Origin: Sulfolobales archaeon HS-7
GTDB taxonomy: Archaea; Thermoproteota; Thermoprotei_A; Sulfolobales; Sulfolobaceae
DNA: 64,000 nt
Reading direction: 5' to 3'
NCBI GenBank assembly: GCA_019704295.1
Contig: AP024596.1
Span: 128,001 to 192,000, forward strand
Both the position numbers and the translations under genes were made by a program. Below are positions 10,012 through 19,716 of the stretch, in pieces. Below the pieces are notes generated by a model. That model saw only the letters and a list, made by a program, of their open reading frames with translations, did no database searches and was not told the origin of the DNA. Each line of letters starts with the position of its first letter. The stretch's first letter is position 1.

Positions 10012-10321
10012 GAGGAAGGAGATTCTAGCTCACGCTAGGGAGTATGTGAGGGAAATAAAGAGGATATGTGTGGAAAAGATAGACCCTGACTGCAGGGTTA
10101 TACTCTTTGGCTCGGTAGTCAGGGGGAATTACAGAGCAGACAGTGACATCGATGTGTTGTTAGTCATAGAGTTGGCGGATGACGTGTGGAAGAGGGCTGA
10201 GGTAGCCTTAAAGATCCACAGAGAGTTGGGGTTTAGCGACCCATTAGAACTCCACATAGTAACTCCCCGTATTTATGAGGAGTGGTATAAGAGGTTTATT
10301 GACGTCTACGAGGAGTTTTAG
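9989..10321 (+). CDS. Minimal nucleotidyltransferase (MNT antitoxin)
   Basis: LFGSVVRGNYRADSDIDVLLV (GS-x10-DxD). Overlaps the HEPN gene. Confidence 0.92.
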   Translation: MSSNWWNRRKEILAHAREYVREIKRICVEKIDPDCRVILFGSVVRGNYRADSDIDVLLVIELADDVWKRAEVALKIHRELGFSDPLELHIVTPRIYEEWYKRFIDVYEEF

Positions 10322-10699
10322 GACTGTAACTCTCTCGTATATTAGGTAAGGTACATAGGGGCATCTTCTCTGCTTAGGCTTCGCAAAAAGATGCGAGTGA
10401 ATCACAAAAGTGTTCGGAAGTGAATTGTAGGGAGTAGTTTTGCGTAGTGATTTATAAGTTTGTGAGCCACTCCTTACTAAATAAGAGAGCTTCCCCCTTC
10501 GTAGGTCCGTGTTGTTGGTGGTATAAGACTTAATAGATTCTGATGATATCTCAAACATCGCAGCGAACTTAACGTTGGCGTCCCGCACTGGACTACTGAT
10601 AAAAGCAGAGGCCTATCGTCTCGATCTTCGTTTAGGCCTCTAAGTGACGCTTACACCTTATGGATTGTCATTATTAGTATCCGTGTCTTTTTTCGTAGT

Positions 10700-10760
10700 T
10701 AGGTACCAAAGCTATCCATTTTCATCTTAAAAGGTGGAGATTTTGGCCCTTTCGAACCCC
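10700..10760 (-). mobile_element. Degenerate IS200/IS605 left-end relic (extent toward 10330 uncertain)
   Basis: Minus strand GGGGTTCGAAAGGG..AAATCTCCACCTTTTAAGATGAAAATGGATAGC resembles the Sulfolobales IS605 end pattern GGGGTTCAAAGGGGGCGGAAAGCCTCGCCCTTTAGGGCGGGGATGGATAGC. Confidence 0.45.
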
Positions 10761-10913
10761 TTCACTTGTAAAAGAGCGTCGAGTTAAAAGCGAGCTGGAG
10801 CCATTATCCTCATTGCGTTAATCAATGGGCAAGGTCTCTAAGGTGAGAGTTTGAGCGAAACCGACCAATAAAAGATCCTGTCTATGAGACAGTTAACACC
10901 TTGTGGCACCTTT

Positions 10914-11072
10914 ATGTGTTGTGTTTCCTTATTAAGGTTTTCAGAAAAACATTTTTTACATGCGATTGTCTACTGGGATTAATGAATTCGATAAGTTAAT
11001 AGAGGGGGAATTCCCCACGGTTTTCTCGTTGCCGTTACCGGAGAGCCTAAGATTGGAAAAACCATATTCTCC
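10914..11072 (+). repeat. 159-bp perfect direct repeat, copy 2
   Basis: Identical to 8792-8950. The left flank 10843-10913 is a diverged copy of the OFA-MFS 5' end. Confidence 0.95.
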
Positions 11073-11675
11073 CTCAGTTTCATAAATTAGGGACTCCAAG
11101 AGGGAGATATTTGCATTTACGTTACTACGGAGGAGAGTAGAGATTCTATAATAAGACAGGCGAATCAATTCGGATGGGATTTGGAAAAACATTTCGGGGA
11201 GAGACTAATAATTATTGATGCCTTAATGAGAGAAAGAGAGGACGAGTGGTCAATTATTAACGTTACTCCTGAGGAAATCATTCAAAAAGTTATTGATGGA
11301 AAACAAAAACTTGGAAGCGGTAGAACTAGGCTGGTAATAGACTCGATAAGTGCTCTATTCCTTGATAAGCCGGCAATGGCGCGAAAGATAAGTTACCAGA
11401 TGAAAAGAATATTGGCAAAATGGCATTTCACTACAATAGTCACGTCCCAATATGCTATTACAACATCGCAGGCATTTGGGTTTGGAGTTGAACATGTAGC
11501 AGACGGGATAATAAGATTCAGAAGAGTGGTTAAGGAGGGGAGGCTAGTCAAGTACGTTTTGATTGAAAAGATGAGGCAAACTGATCATGATAGGTATGTA
11601 TGGGAGCTAGAGATCGTAAAAGGAAAAGGATTGGTTATCTTGAAAAGACTTGAGGAGCGAAAAGAGGACTTTTAG
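10960..11675 (+). pseudogene. KaiC/RAD55-family RecA-like ATPase pseudogene
   Basis: MRLSTGINEFDKLIEG[frameshift at G5 run 11004-11008]IPHGFLVAVTGEPKIGKTIFS..N*(TAG 11088-11090)GLQEGDICIYVTTEES...RLVIDSIS...GVEHVADGIIRF...IEKMRQT. Walker A altered to GEPKIGKT. Confidence 0.88.
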
Positions 11676-11977
11676 TCTTTTAGACACGAAGGCAAAAGAG
11701 GATAATTTCAACTACTCGTTTTCTATTCCAATCCTTGCTTATTTCTCATTCATACTATCACAGAATACAATTCAAGCGAATAATTACCTAAGTGCGGATC
11801 ATTAGAGAATGAACGCCCTTGTTAACTTCATCGCTCATAATATCCGACGGTTCAGTATTATAGGTAGACGCATAACTTCTCGTGTCAGAAAAGTTGGGTT
11901 TCCCTAACCTTAATCTCTACGACCATAACTAAATGAACTTATTTTATATCATTACCCTCCTCGTAATTAAATGAATC

Positions 11978-12155
11978 TAATTCTGAATAAACGTGTTTCG
12001 TAACTTTTTAGTTTATCTGGTTATTTACTTCAATTACTGACTTTTTATCAAAAAAACCGAACCTTTTCCGCCTCATCATAAATTTAGCTAATTTCCACTC
12101 CTGCCAACGAGATTTTCCACTATTTTCGAAATTGTAGTATTTTTAGTAAAATTGG
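11978..12155 (+). repeat. Diverged AT-rich intergenic repeat (blocks C then A)
   Basis: 11978-12037 closely matches 62872-62931 (TAATTCT......ACGTGTTT..TAACTTTTTA.TTTATCT.GTTATT.AC...AATTAC). 12063-12155 matches 9205-9297. Confidence 0.6.
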
Positions 12156-12212
12156 CATAACGTCATTGCTTATATGTAAAGAATTTAAGCTTGTCCTAAA
12201 ATCCCATTAGCT

Positions 12213-13295
12213 ATGCAAAAAGACGTCTACAGTATAGCGTTCTCCGCTTTTTTCGCTGATTTAGGTTATCAGGCTGTTCTCGCAGCCTTGCCTCTTTACT
12301 TAGTAGTTATACTTCACGCTCCGATCTACCTCTATGGAATTGCAGAGGGACTCAACTACGGGGTCGGATCTATTTTCTCAACTCTTGGTGGAAAACTATC
12401 AGACAAATATAGTAGTAAAAAGGTTGCGTTACTGGGAAATTCGCTTATACCATTACTATCCTTAACCGCACTGACTTTTAATCCGATACTCGCAGTAATT
12501 CTTTTTGCTACCGGATGGTGGTTCAGAAATTTCAGAACGCCCGCTAGAAGGAAAATGTTGGCGTCAGTCACTTCAGCAAAAGAGAGAAGCGAGGCTTACG
12601 GAATACTACACGCCCTTGATCTCGGCGGGGGCGCATTAGCTGTTACTTACCTCGTCTTATCTCTTTATCTGGGTATATCGTTAAGACTCGTTTTGCTTTT
12701 TACAGTAATTCCCTTAATAGTCTCAACTTTAGTCCTTTTAATTCCAAAAGTTAGGCAAGTTGAAAAAGGAGAAAGTCCCATTGGAAAAAGCATAGTTAAG
12801 AGGGTGTTAGTAGCTGCCGCTCTTTTCGGATTCAGCTATTACAGCTTTGGATTTCCTATCTTATCTGTCTATTCTAGCTCAGGTAAACTTTACCTAGCAG
12901 CGGCGACCTATGCCTTCTTCTTATTCTCCTCCGCTCTAACGGGCTATGTTATTGGTAAAGTAAAAAGGAATCCTACTAGGATGTTAGGGTTAGGCTACGT
13001 AGTAGCTGCCATAGGTAGCTTAGGATTTGAAGTTCTCAGATCTCTCCCTCTACTGTACATATCCGCTCTCATTATAGGCATCGGGGCGGGATTTGTGGAG
13101 ACATTCGAACCTACTATAATTTCCCTATATTCGGAGAAAACTGGAACTGGACTGGGATACTTATCATCAGCCAGAAGCATCGGACTTTTCTTCGGGAATG
13201 TAATAATGGGTATATTATTCACAATCGATCTGGCCTACTGGTACGCCTTTGCCGTATCTCTCATTGCGTCGTTAGTGGTTTTTTCAATATCCTAA
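12213..13295 (+). CDS. MFS transporter
   Basis: GGKLSDKY motif A, RNFRTPAR, about 12 TM. TTTAAG TATA-like box about 25 nt upstream. Confidence 0.88.
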   Translation: MQKDVYSIAFSAFFADLGYQAVLAALPLYLVVILHAPIYLYGIAEGLNYGVGSIFSTLGGKLSDKYSSKKVALLGNSLIPLLSLTALTFNPILAVILFATGWWFRNFRTPARRKMLASVTSAKERSEAYGILHALDLGGGALAVTYLVLSLYLGISLRLVLLFTVIPLIVSTLVLLIPKVRQVEKGESPIGKSIVKRVLVAAALFGFSYYSFGFPILSVYSSSGKLYLAAATYAFFLFSSALTGYVIGKVKRNPTRMLGLGYVVAAIGSLGFEVLRSLPLLYISALIIGIGAGFVETFEPTIISLYSEKTGTGLGYLSSARSIGLFFGNVIMGILFTIDLAYWYAFAVSLIASLVVFSIS

Positions 13296-13337
13296 ATACA
13301 CGTTAAACGCTTTAACCGTTAATTACAGGTATAAAAA

Positions 13338-14354
13338 ATGGACTCAGTGTGTATAGCTACTCCGTCCTTCCCGCCTATTTTAGGAGGCGGTGAGGTTCAC
13401 GCTTACCAAATAGCGAAGGCATTTAGTTCAATGGGGATTAGGGTAGAAGTACATACTTTGGGAAAATCTAGAACGGTGGATCAGCTATCAGTTGTGGGAC
13501 ACAGATTCGCGTGGAGGTGCGATTCCCTTCCCGTGTATTTGAACGGTCTAGCCATGTCTAGAAGAAGCTTCATTTGGAACTTGTACACCCTTACGAAAAG
13601 CGGATACGTGTTTACACCACATAATAGCGTAGAAGCCCTTTCACAAAGAGGATACAGGTGGCTTGGTGTGTCAATAGCAAATAAAGCATGCAAGATTATA
13701 GCAGTAAATGAATGGGAGAAAATGAAAATAGAGTCCCTTGGGGTAACTAGGGAGAAAATTGTGGTGATACCAAACGGTCTCCCCGATATGGCCATAAAGA
13801 AACCTGTAACTAAAGAGGTTGGAGATTATTTACTATATATTGCAAGGGTGTCTCCTGGGAAAAACCAATTATCCATAATTAAGGTAATGGATAAGGTAGA
13901 TCTAAAGCTATATATGATAGGGCCCATTGCTAACCAAAACTACTTCAATGAAATTGTAAGGGAAATTAAGTCAAGGAGACTTGAGGATAAAGTAAAATAC
14001 TTAGGAGTAGTCAGCGATGAGGAAAAATACGAGCTTATCGACAAATCGTTCGCAGCAATTTTATTTTCGAATACGGAAGAGGCAGAGGGAATAGCAGTAA
14101 AAGAGGCTATGGCTAGAGGAAAGCCAGTGATAGTATCTGCTAACGGAGCTCTTCCTTTTTTGGTGAAAAACGGTGATAATGGAATAGTTATACATAATGA
14201 AGAGGAGCTTCCTAATGCAATAGAGGAATTGAAGAATTCCACCTTAAGGGAAAGAATTGCAGAAAATAACATAAAACATCCTGCAATAATGACATGGGAT
14301 GAGGTCGCACATAGAGTATATTCGGTATTAATGAAATGTTATAGCAACTCTTAG
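13338..14354 (+). CDS. Glycosyltransferase family 4 (GT-B)
   Basis: PPILGGGE, VIPNG, ARVSPGKN, EAEGIAVKEAMARGKPVI (E-x7-E). Confidence 0.9.
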   Translation: MDSVCIATPSFPPILGGGEVHAYQIAKAFSSMGIRVEVHTLGKSRTVDQLSVVGHRFAWRCDSLPVYLNGLAMSRRSFIWNLYTLTKSGYVFTPHNSVEALSQRGYRWLGVSIANKACKIIAVNEWEKMKIESLGVTREKIVVIPNGLPDMAIKKPVTKEVGDYLLYIARVSPGKNQLSIIKVMDKVDLKLYMIGPIANQNYFNEIVREIKSRRLEDKVKYLGVVSDEEKYELIDKSFAAILFSNTEEAEGIAVKEAMARGKPVIVSANGALPFLVKNGDNGIVIHNEEELPNAIEELKNSTLRERIAENNIKHPAIMTWDEVAHRVYSVLMKCYSNS

Positions 14355-14863
14355 GAACTCAAAGATAACTGCTTTTTCGATTCGTTTCCTAAGCACAATA
14401 TAGTGTAAGGAATTTCTTAGTACATTTTAGGTCATATTCTCTGAATTCAATGGCACAAACCATATCAGCAACCAAATTTGTCATTTGGACCATTAAGGGG
14501 ATAGCGATTTCCTGCGTTTCAAGTGAATTACTTTGTGGGACGATTTAACATTAGAACTCTAAATGCTAAAAGACTCGCCTCTTTGAGAGAATTCACTATT
14601 TCGTTAGTTTCTGGGGATAATCGACTTAACTAGTTTCTTGAACTTCCGCTTAAGTTAATTAGTGTCAACCAAATATTGGGGTATAGTTTGCAAGGTAATT
14701 ACATAACGAGGTAATTTACTAAAAAATAGCGAACTTTCCATACTGCGTTTCCAAGGCATGATTTGAAACCCTGGGAATATTAATATATTGAGAGACTCTC
14801 CTAATGTTCTATAAATGTCTAGTGAGAAAAACTTAATAATTTTATCGATATGAGAATATTCTG

Positions 14864-15331
14864 ATGACAATAATAGTTAGGAAGGTTCACTCTAAGGGCG
14901 GGAAGCACGTATGGATGAGAGTAGGAGAAAGCCCTCCTATAGTTAGAGATGGTAGGATAAAGGAAGGGGCATTCTTCATCGTTATCGGCGACGACACTGG
15001 AGATAAAAGTATAAGATTATCGGATGAGGAAGCGCTAGACATAGCGAACAGGATAATATCTTCATATAACAGTCACATTAGGGAATACAGGCTATTGGAT
15101 AAAAAGACCTATGCTGAATACAAAATGAAGATGGAGTCTGAGGATGATGACACGGAGGAGAATATTGGACGTGAAGTCCTAGAGTTTCTCCTGTTACATA
15201 ACGGGAAAAGTACGATAGAGGATATTAGGAATCAGTTGGGTACGAGGTATGCAGACTCTCTATCTTATTTAGAGAGAAGAGGGCTTGTATCAATAAAGGA
15301 AAATGTAGTTTCAATTAAACTAAACTCATAA
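14864..15331 (+). CDS. Hypothetical protein, probable nucleic-acid binding (N-terminal beta-sheet/helix domain plus C-terminal winged helix)
   Basis: 155-aa ORF with an acidic linker. C-terminus STIEDIRNQLG...LSYLERRGLVSIKENVV is wHTH-like. Confidence 0.75.
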   Translation: MTIIVRKVHSKGGKHVWMRVGESPPIVRDGRIKEGAFFIVIGDDTGDKSIRLSDEEALDIANRIISSYNSHIREYRLLDKKTYAEYKMKMESEDDDTEENIGREVLEFLLLHNGKSTIEDIRNQLGTRYADSLSYLERRGLVSIKENVVSIKLNS

Positions 15332-15823
15332 ATAATATACTCATTCTTTGCAGTCGGCTAAAAAAATCCCCCTTAGGAAATGTTCGTGAATTGCTCACGT
15401 GTTGATTGTGAATTCAGTTTATTTAGAAAAATAAAATGAATTCAATTGAATGCGATCGTATACACTAATAGGGGTTCACACTTAATAATTTTTTATTTAA
15501 TACTGTTTTATAATAATTACAATTTATAATCAAAACCTGAATGGTGATGTTCGTATTAACTGATATTCCCCAAACTTGCCATAAAGTTTACAACCGCCAA
15601 TTTGGATTCCTAAGTATCGAATACACACTTTGACATTTTTCTAGGTTTTAGGTAACTAGCGTTGACAGATGTCTGAATGAACTTTTTGGAATTGAAACTT
15701 CTCTATCGTTTCACCCTAAATGTAATCGAAGTTTCGAAACTTATGAAAACTCAGTGCTCTCGATAAGACTAAGTTGAAAAATTTGGGAAAAACAATATAT
15801 ATATATTGTGAATGCATCGTATT

Positions 15824-16195
15824 ATGAGTAGCAGACAAGTGGTTTATTCAGCTCTAAGATATGTAACAGCAGTTCTTTTTGTAGCTTGGGCAGCAATACA
15901 TCTTTACCTTTATTCCGACCTGATAAAAATCCTTCCTATTGTTGCATACTTTTTTGTGATAGACGCAATATTGTCTCTCATAGGCGCAGTTGTATTTATA
16001 ATCGGGTTGAGAATACTTTACATTCCATCATTAATTTTTAGTTGGGCTAACTACCTTTTGCTGACGGAATCAAGGGTATATCCTGCACCATTCCTGGGAT
16101 TTCCGTTACCAGCTATCAACGTATACGTTATTTCAACGCTGATAATAGACGTGTTGTTAATAATAATAATAACTATTATTGAAATTATTACATAA
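15824..16195 (+). CDS. Hypothetical 4-TM membrane protein
   Basis: Four hydrophobic helices, AAIHLYL. A TATATATA box about 25 nt upstream favours ATG 15824 over 15812. Confidence 0.7.
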   Translation: MSSRQVVYSALRYVTAVLFVAWAAIHLYLYSDLIKILPIVAYFFVIDAILSLIGAVVFIIGLRILYIPSLIFSWANYLLLTESRVYPAPFLGFPLPAINVYVISTLIIDVLLIIIITIIEIIT

Positions 16196-16310
16196 GCTCT
16201 CTAATTGTTTAGTTTATCATTATTCATCAACATCAAGGGCTCGTCTATACACTATTTAGGAAGTATATACGCTATTTAGGAAGTAAAAACGCTTTATCAA
16301 GGATTTACTA

Positions 16311-17027
16311 TTACGCAATTTGAATTTGTTTGCTTAAGAGATTTCCCATATCATAATTTGATATCTCGTAGCTCTTCACCCTTATACCGTCCAATGGCAT
16401 CTGCTGGAGAGATAGTATAATTAAGTAACCTTCTCTTCTGGTCGCAAAGTTAAAAACTGCTGAGTCTGCATATCTATCGTATACATCCTTTGATCCAACT
16501 TTAATAGCGTAAAGGTACGGAAACTTGGATAGATCCATAATCGGGAGGATCCTTACGAACTTCCCTAAAAGGAACCTTATATGTCGTCCTGTAGCTCTAG
16601 GACTAAGAGAGACTAACGTGGCCAACTCTTTTTCCATCGCAGACGGATTCCTTTTTAGCGCCTCTATCAATATTTGATCTTTATCTGAAAGGGCAAAGTA
16701 TTCCTCTCTTTTTATCTCTATTCCGTCTTTAACCTCGTCTACAGATTCATATATCACTTGTCCGTTCTCAAGTTCGAAAAGAATCGAGTAACGATTAGGT
16801 CTCTTAAATGTTATCCATTTCGACTTCTGATAAACCAAAGGATCTACGTACGTTACGAATCCAGTAATAATTCCCTCGTTAATTGCCCTCTTCATGTGAT
16901 AATTTAGCATGCTACGTGAGATTCCCAGAGCTCTTGCCATTTCTGCAGGTTTCATTTTCCCTTCTTTTAACAAGTATGTTAATATTGAAACAAATGGGGA
17001 TTCCCTCGATAACCTAATGGATTGCAT
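16311..17027 (-). CDS. Tandem winged-helix Lrp/AsnC-like transcriptional regulator
   Basis: Two HTH units (MARALGISRSMLNYHMKR..EGII.GF; LSDKDQILIEALKRNP...ELA..VSLS). TTTATAAA at about 17049-17056 suggests ATG 17027 rather than 17087. Confidence 0.8.
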   Translation of the reverse strand: MQSIRLSRESPFVSILTYLLKEGKMKPAEMARALGISRSMLNYHMKRAINEGIITGFVTYVDPLVYQKSKWITFKRPNRYSILFELENGQVIYESVDEVKDGIEIKREEYFALSDKDQILIEALKRNPSAMEKELATLVSLSPRATGRHIRFLLGKFVRILPIMDLSKFPYLYAIKVGSKDVYDRYADSAVFNFATRREGYLIILSLQQMPLDGIRVKSYEISNYDMGNLLSKQIQIA

Positions 17028-17353
17028 AATACTTCTACCGTCCAATACTTTATAAAGTGTAATAGAAAAAAAGTCCTTTTTTTCCATATAAGACCATTTT
17101 CAGATTGTTAAGAATAAACAAATTATCTAAAACAAATAATGAAGAAATCGCTTTATACTTCTTACAAGTGGCCTAATATGTCTTTAAAAATATGTATTCA
17201 TAACTCATCTCATTAATACAAAAATGTTTATTCATTAAATCAGTAAATAATTGAACTAATATTCTTGAAGCTAAATCGTCAAAAGCGGATAGCTTACGGA
17301 AAGGACTGAGAGTCTTTCTTTCAAGCGATTTGTAAAGGATATTAGGACGCTTT

Positions 17354-18508
17354 TCACCTTCTCCTGGCGGATACTTTGCTTAAATACGCAGCACCAACAA
17401 TCACTAGGATTAATGAAACTGCAAGATTGGTAACAATATCCCCCTTGAGTCCAAAGGGAAGTAGGAGTATTATAAATGCGCCAAACCCACCGCCCACTAA
17501 CCTACCAAGGAAAAAGACAACATTATTGGCGGTGACTCTTAGTTTAGGAGGGTAAAATTCGCTTATCCATACGCCGAAATGAGCAAAAAATCCTGAGAAG
17601 AAGAATATGAGGGGAATGATATACACAGGAGTGATAATTAACATTAATAAGGAGAGAATTAGCCCTATTGCTGAAAATATCAAAACGGGAACTTCTCTGC
17701 CCAGCTTATCTGCCAGATAACCGTCAACGAGGTATCCTACAAACCCGATGATAAATGAAATGGAAAGAAGTTCACTTGCATGAGCAGGAGAGAAAAAGTA
17801 AACTTTCTCCAGCAATGTAGGTAAGAGAGTTATGGTTGGAACTAGGTAAAGGAGAGAACCTATAGCTATAGCTGAACCAGCCAGTGTAATCCCCATGTAG
17901 TTTCCCAATGAGTCACCCTTAACTGAATTACTTACGTTCCTAGTCTCCCTCCAAACCTCCGATTCAGGAAGAGCGTATGTAATAACTCCTATTATGATAG
18001 TTATTGTTCCAAGTAGAGTTAAAACTGTCCTCCAATAGTTAGTTCCTAAGAACGTTAAATAACCTGCTGAAATTGCACTTAGAATTGCCCCCAAAAAATA
18101 GAGTCCTTGCATGAAACCTCCAGTAAATCCACGTTTTCCTTTTAACCATTCTGCGACAAGAGCGTAACTTACACCGTTCTCCCCGTTAACTCCAAGTCCT
18201 ACTAGGAAAAGGAGAGGAAAAAATATAAGAATTGATGATACCAACCCGGCTAAAAGAAGGAAAAGACCAGAAGTAACAACCGCTAAAGTTAAGGAGAACC
18301 TACGACCAATTCTATCAGCTAGCCTTCCAATTACTATTCCCCCTATTGCTCCCCCGATCCACGACGTTGCTACAACCAACGAGAGTTCGGAAAGATTAGT
18401 ATGCAATTCCTCTTCAATAGGAGTGAAGAGAAAGGGAAGAATGTAAATGCATGAAGAGGATATGAGAAAAGCCGCAAAGAGAATAATTATACGCGTTAGA
18501 GTCTTCAT
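17354..18508 (-). CDS. MFS transporter (sugar/organic-acid type)
   Basis: GRLADRIGRR, GYLADKLGR, ISEFYPPKLR. Confidence 0.9.
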   Translation of the reverse strand: MKTLTRIIILFAAFLISSSCIYILPFLFTPIEEELHTNLSELSLVVATSWIGGAIGGIVIGRLADRIGRRFSLTLAVVTSGLFLLLAGLVSSILIFFPLLFLVGLGVNGENGVSYALVAEWLKGKRGFTGGFMQGLYFLGAILSAISAGYLTFLGTNYWRTVLTLLGTITIIIGVITYALPESEVWRETRNVSNSVKGDSLGNYMGITLAGSAIAIGSLLYLVPTITLLPTLLEKVYFFSPAHASELLSISFIIGFVGYLVDGYLADKLGREVPVLIFSAIGLILSLLMLIITPVYIIPLIFFFSGFFAHFGVWISEFYPPKLRVTANNVVFFLGRLVGGGFGAFIILLLPFGLKGDIVTNLAVSLILVIVGAAYLSKVSARRR

Positions 18509-18749
18509 GACAATAGGAGTCTTATCATCGATTAAAATTCTTGCTGATTAGGAACTGTTAAGCCTAAATATCTAAACTTATAGACTTAAGTGAGGATTCC
18601 ATATGTAACTTTTTTGTGGAAATGTTTTTACTTTCGTTGGTGGTTCCGAGTGGGCAAAAGATCCGCGAGGATGGACAACCCCTTTGTATAGGCTTGAGGG
18701 TCGGTTCGTAGCTAATATATATAAATCATACCCATAATAGAATAAGTGT

Positions 18750-18895
18750 TACCGTGACACTTAAGCGAGGGTTAATGTGGTATACCTCTGCTCCAATCAG
18801 TGGTTCCGTCTGGGTCATCACCGTTAACTTCTAGGTGGAACCCTAAGGGTCTGTGGAGCCGTGAAGTAGGAAGCCCCGTTTAGGGGTGAGTTAAC
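18750..18895 (+). mobile_element. Orphan IS200/IS605 right-end / omega-RNA-like non-autonomous element
   Basis: CTGTGGAGCCGTGAAGTAGGAAGCCCCGTTTAGGGGTGAGTTAAC matches the tnpB right-end hairpin pattern. No tnpB ORF. TATATATAAA at 18716-18725. Confidence 0.55.
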
Positions 18896-19059
18896 TGCTG
18901 GGTTTGTACCTAATATGATGGGGAACCACGCTGTTTAAACCTTTAGCACTATCCCTCATCTAAGTTATTACGGACTGTCTGATTTACCTTATGCTAGGAA
19001 TAGGGGTATACCGCGTAAGCGGAAATTGCTAGATGGAGATGCCATGTTATAGGAACAGT

Positions 19060-19701
19060 TCATCTTGAGTTCTTAGGAATTACTAAAACGTTATCAGCTA
19101 TTGCTTTCTCAACCCCTCTTTCCTCGTTATTAATCAGAACTTTTACCTCTGCACTATTTCTTTTACTTAAATGTATTTCAGTTCCCGGAAAGAGCCTTAG
19201 TTCGGCAACCCTACGTAGAACCCACTCCTCCTCACGTATAATCATCTTAACAATGTACACTCCCTCCTTTACCTGAGACAATTTGAATCCCTGCGAATCA
19301 GTCCTATTCCCTATTGGATGACCGTGAGGACAGGTTGATGGATAACCTAATGCCTTATCTATTACATCTAGCATATCTGAGGACCAGACGTGTTCAAGTC
19401 TATGAGCTATTTGGTGAGCTCTTATCCAATCTATATGCAGTAGATCAGTTAACAATCTCTCTGACAGTCTGTGCGCTCTTACTAACCTCTCCGCAATTAG
19501 CATTCCGTCATCTGTTAGCCTTATTCCCTTTCTCGTTCTAGTAATTAATCCTAGCTTTTCCATTCTACTGACCTCCTTACTTACCGTCCCTGGGGAAACA
19601 TTGAACGCTATTATTAAGTCGGTAACTTTCGCTATTCCCTTTTCTTCAATTTGCTCGTATATTTCTTTTAGGTAATTCTCGAGGGGTTCGGAGAGATCCA
19701 T
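19060..19701 (-). CDS. DtxR/MntR-family metal-dependent repressor with C-terminal FeoA domain
   Basis: ENYLKEIY, HRLSERLL, AHRLEH, PSTCPHGHPI, LFPGTEI. Confidence 0.93.
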   Translation of the reverse strand: MDLSEPLENYLKEIYEQIEEKGIAKVTDLIIAFNVSPGTVSKEVSRMEKLGLITRTRKGIRLTDDGMLIAERLVRAHRLSERLLTDLLHIDWIRAHQIAHRLEHVWSSDMLDVIDKALGYPSTCPHGHPIGNRTDSQGFKLSQVKEGVYIVKMIIREEEWVLRRVAELRLFPGTEIHLSKRNSAEVKVLINNEERGVEKAIADNVLVIPKNSR

Positions 19702-19716
19702 TAATAAACTATATTT

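Noticed and set aside
10244-10588. 114-aa ORF with TnpA-like words (HSHLF, LRRGKL, SSESIKSY)
   Set aside because: The motifs occur in the reverse order to real IS200 TnpA, so likely chance or scrambled debris
15530-15565. Possible C/D-box sRNA (CTGA..TGGTGA..CTGA)
   Set aside because: No C box at the expected distance
15671-15698. GTCTGAATGAACTTTTTGGAATTGAAAC resembles a type I-B CRISPR repeat
   Set aside because: Single copy, no second repeat at spacer distance, repeat class atypical for Sulfolobales
18905-18916. 11-nt match (GTACCTAATAT) between the putative omega-RNA guide and soxA near 35075
   Set aside because: A match of this length is expected by chance in 64 kb and it does not include the seed
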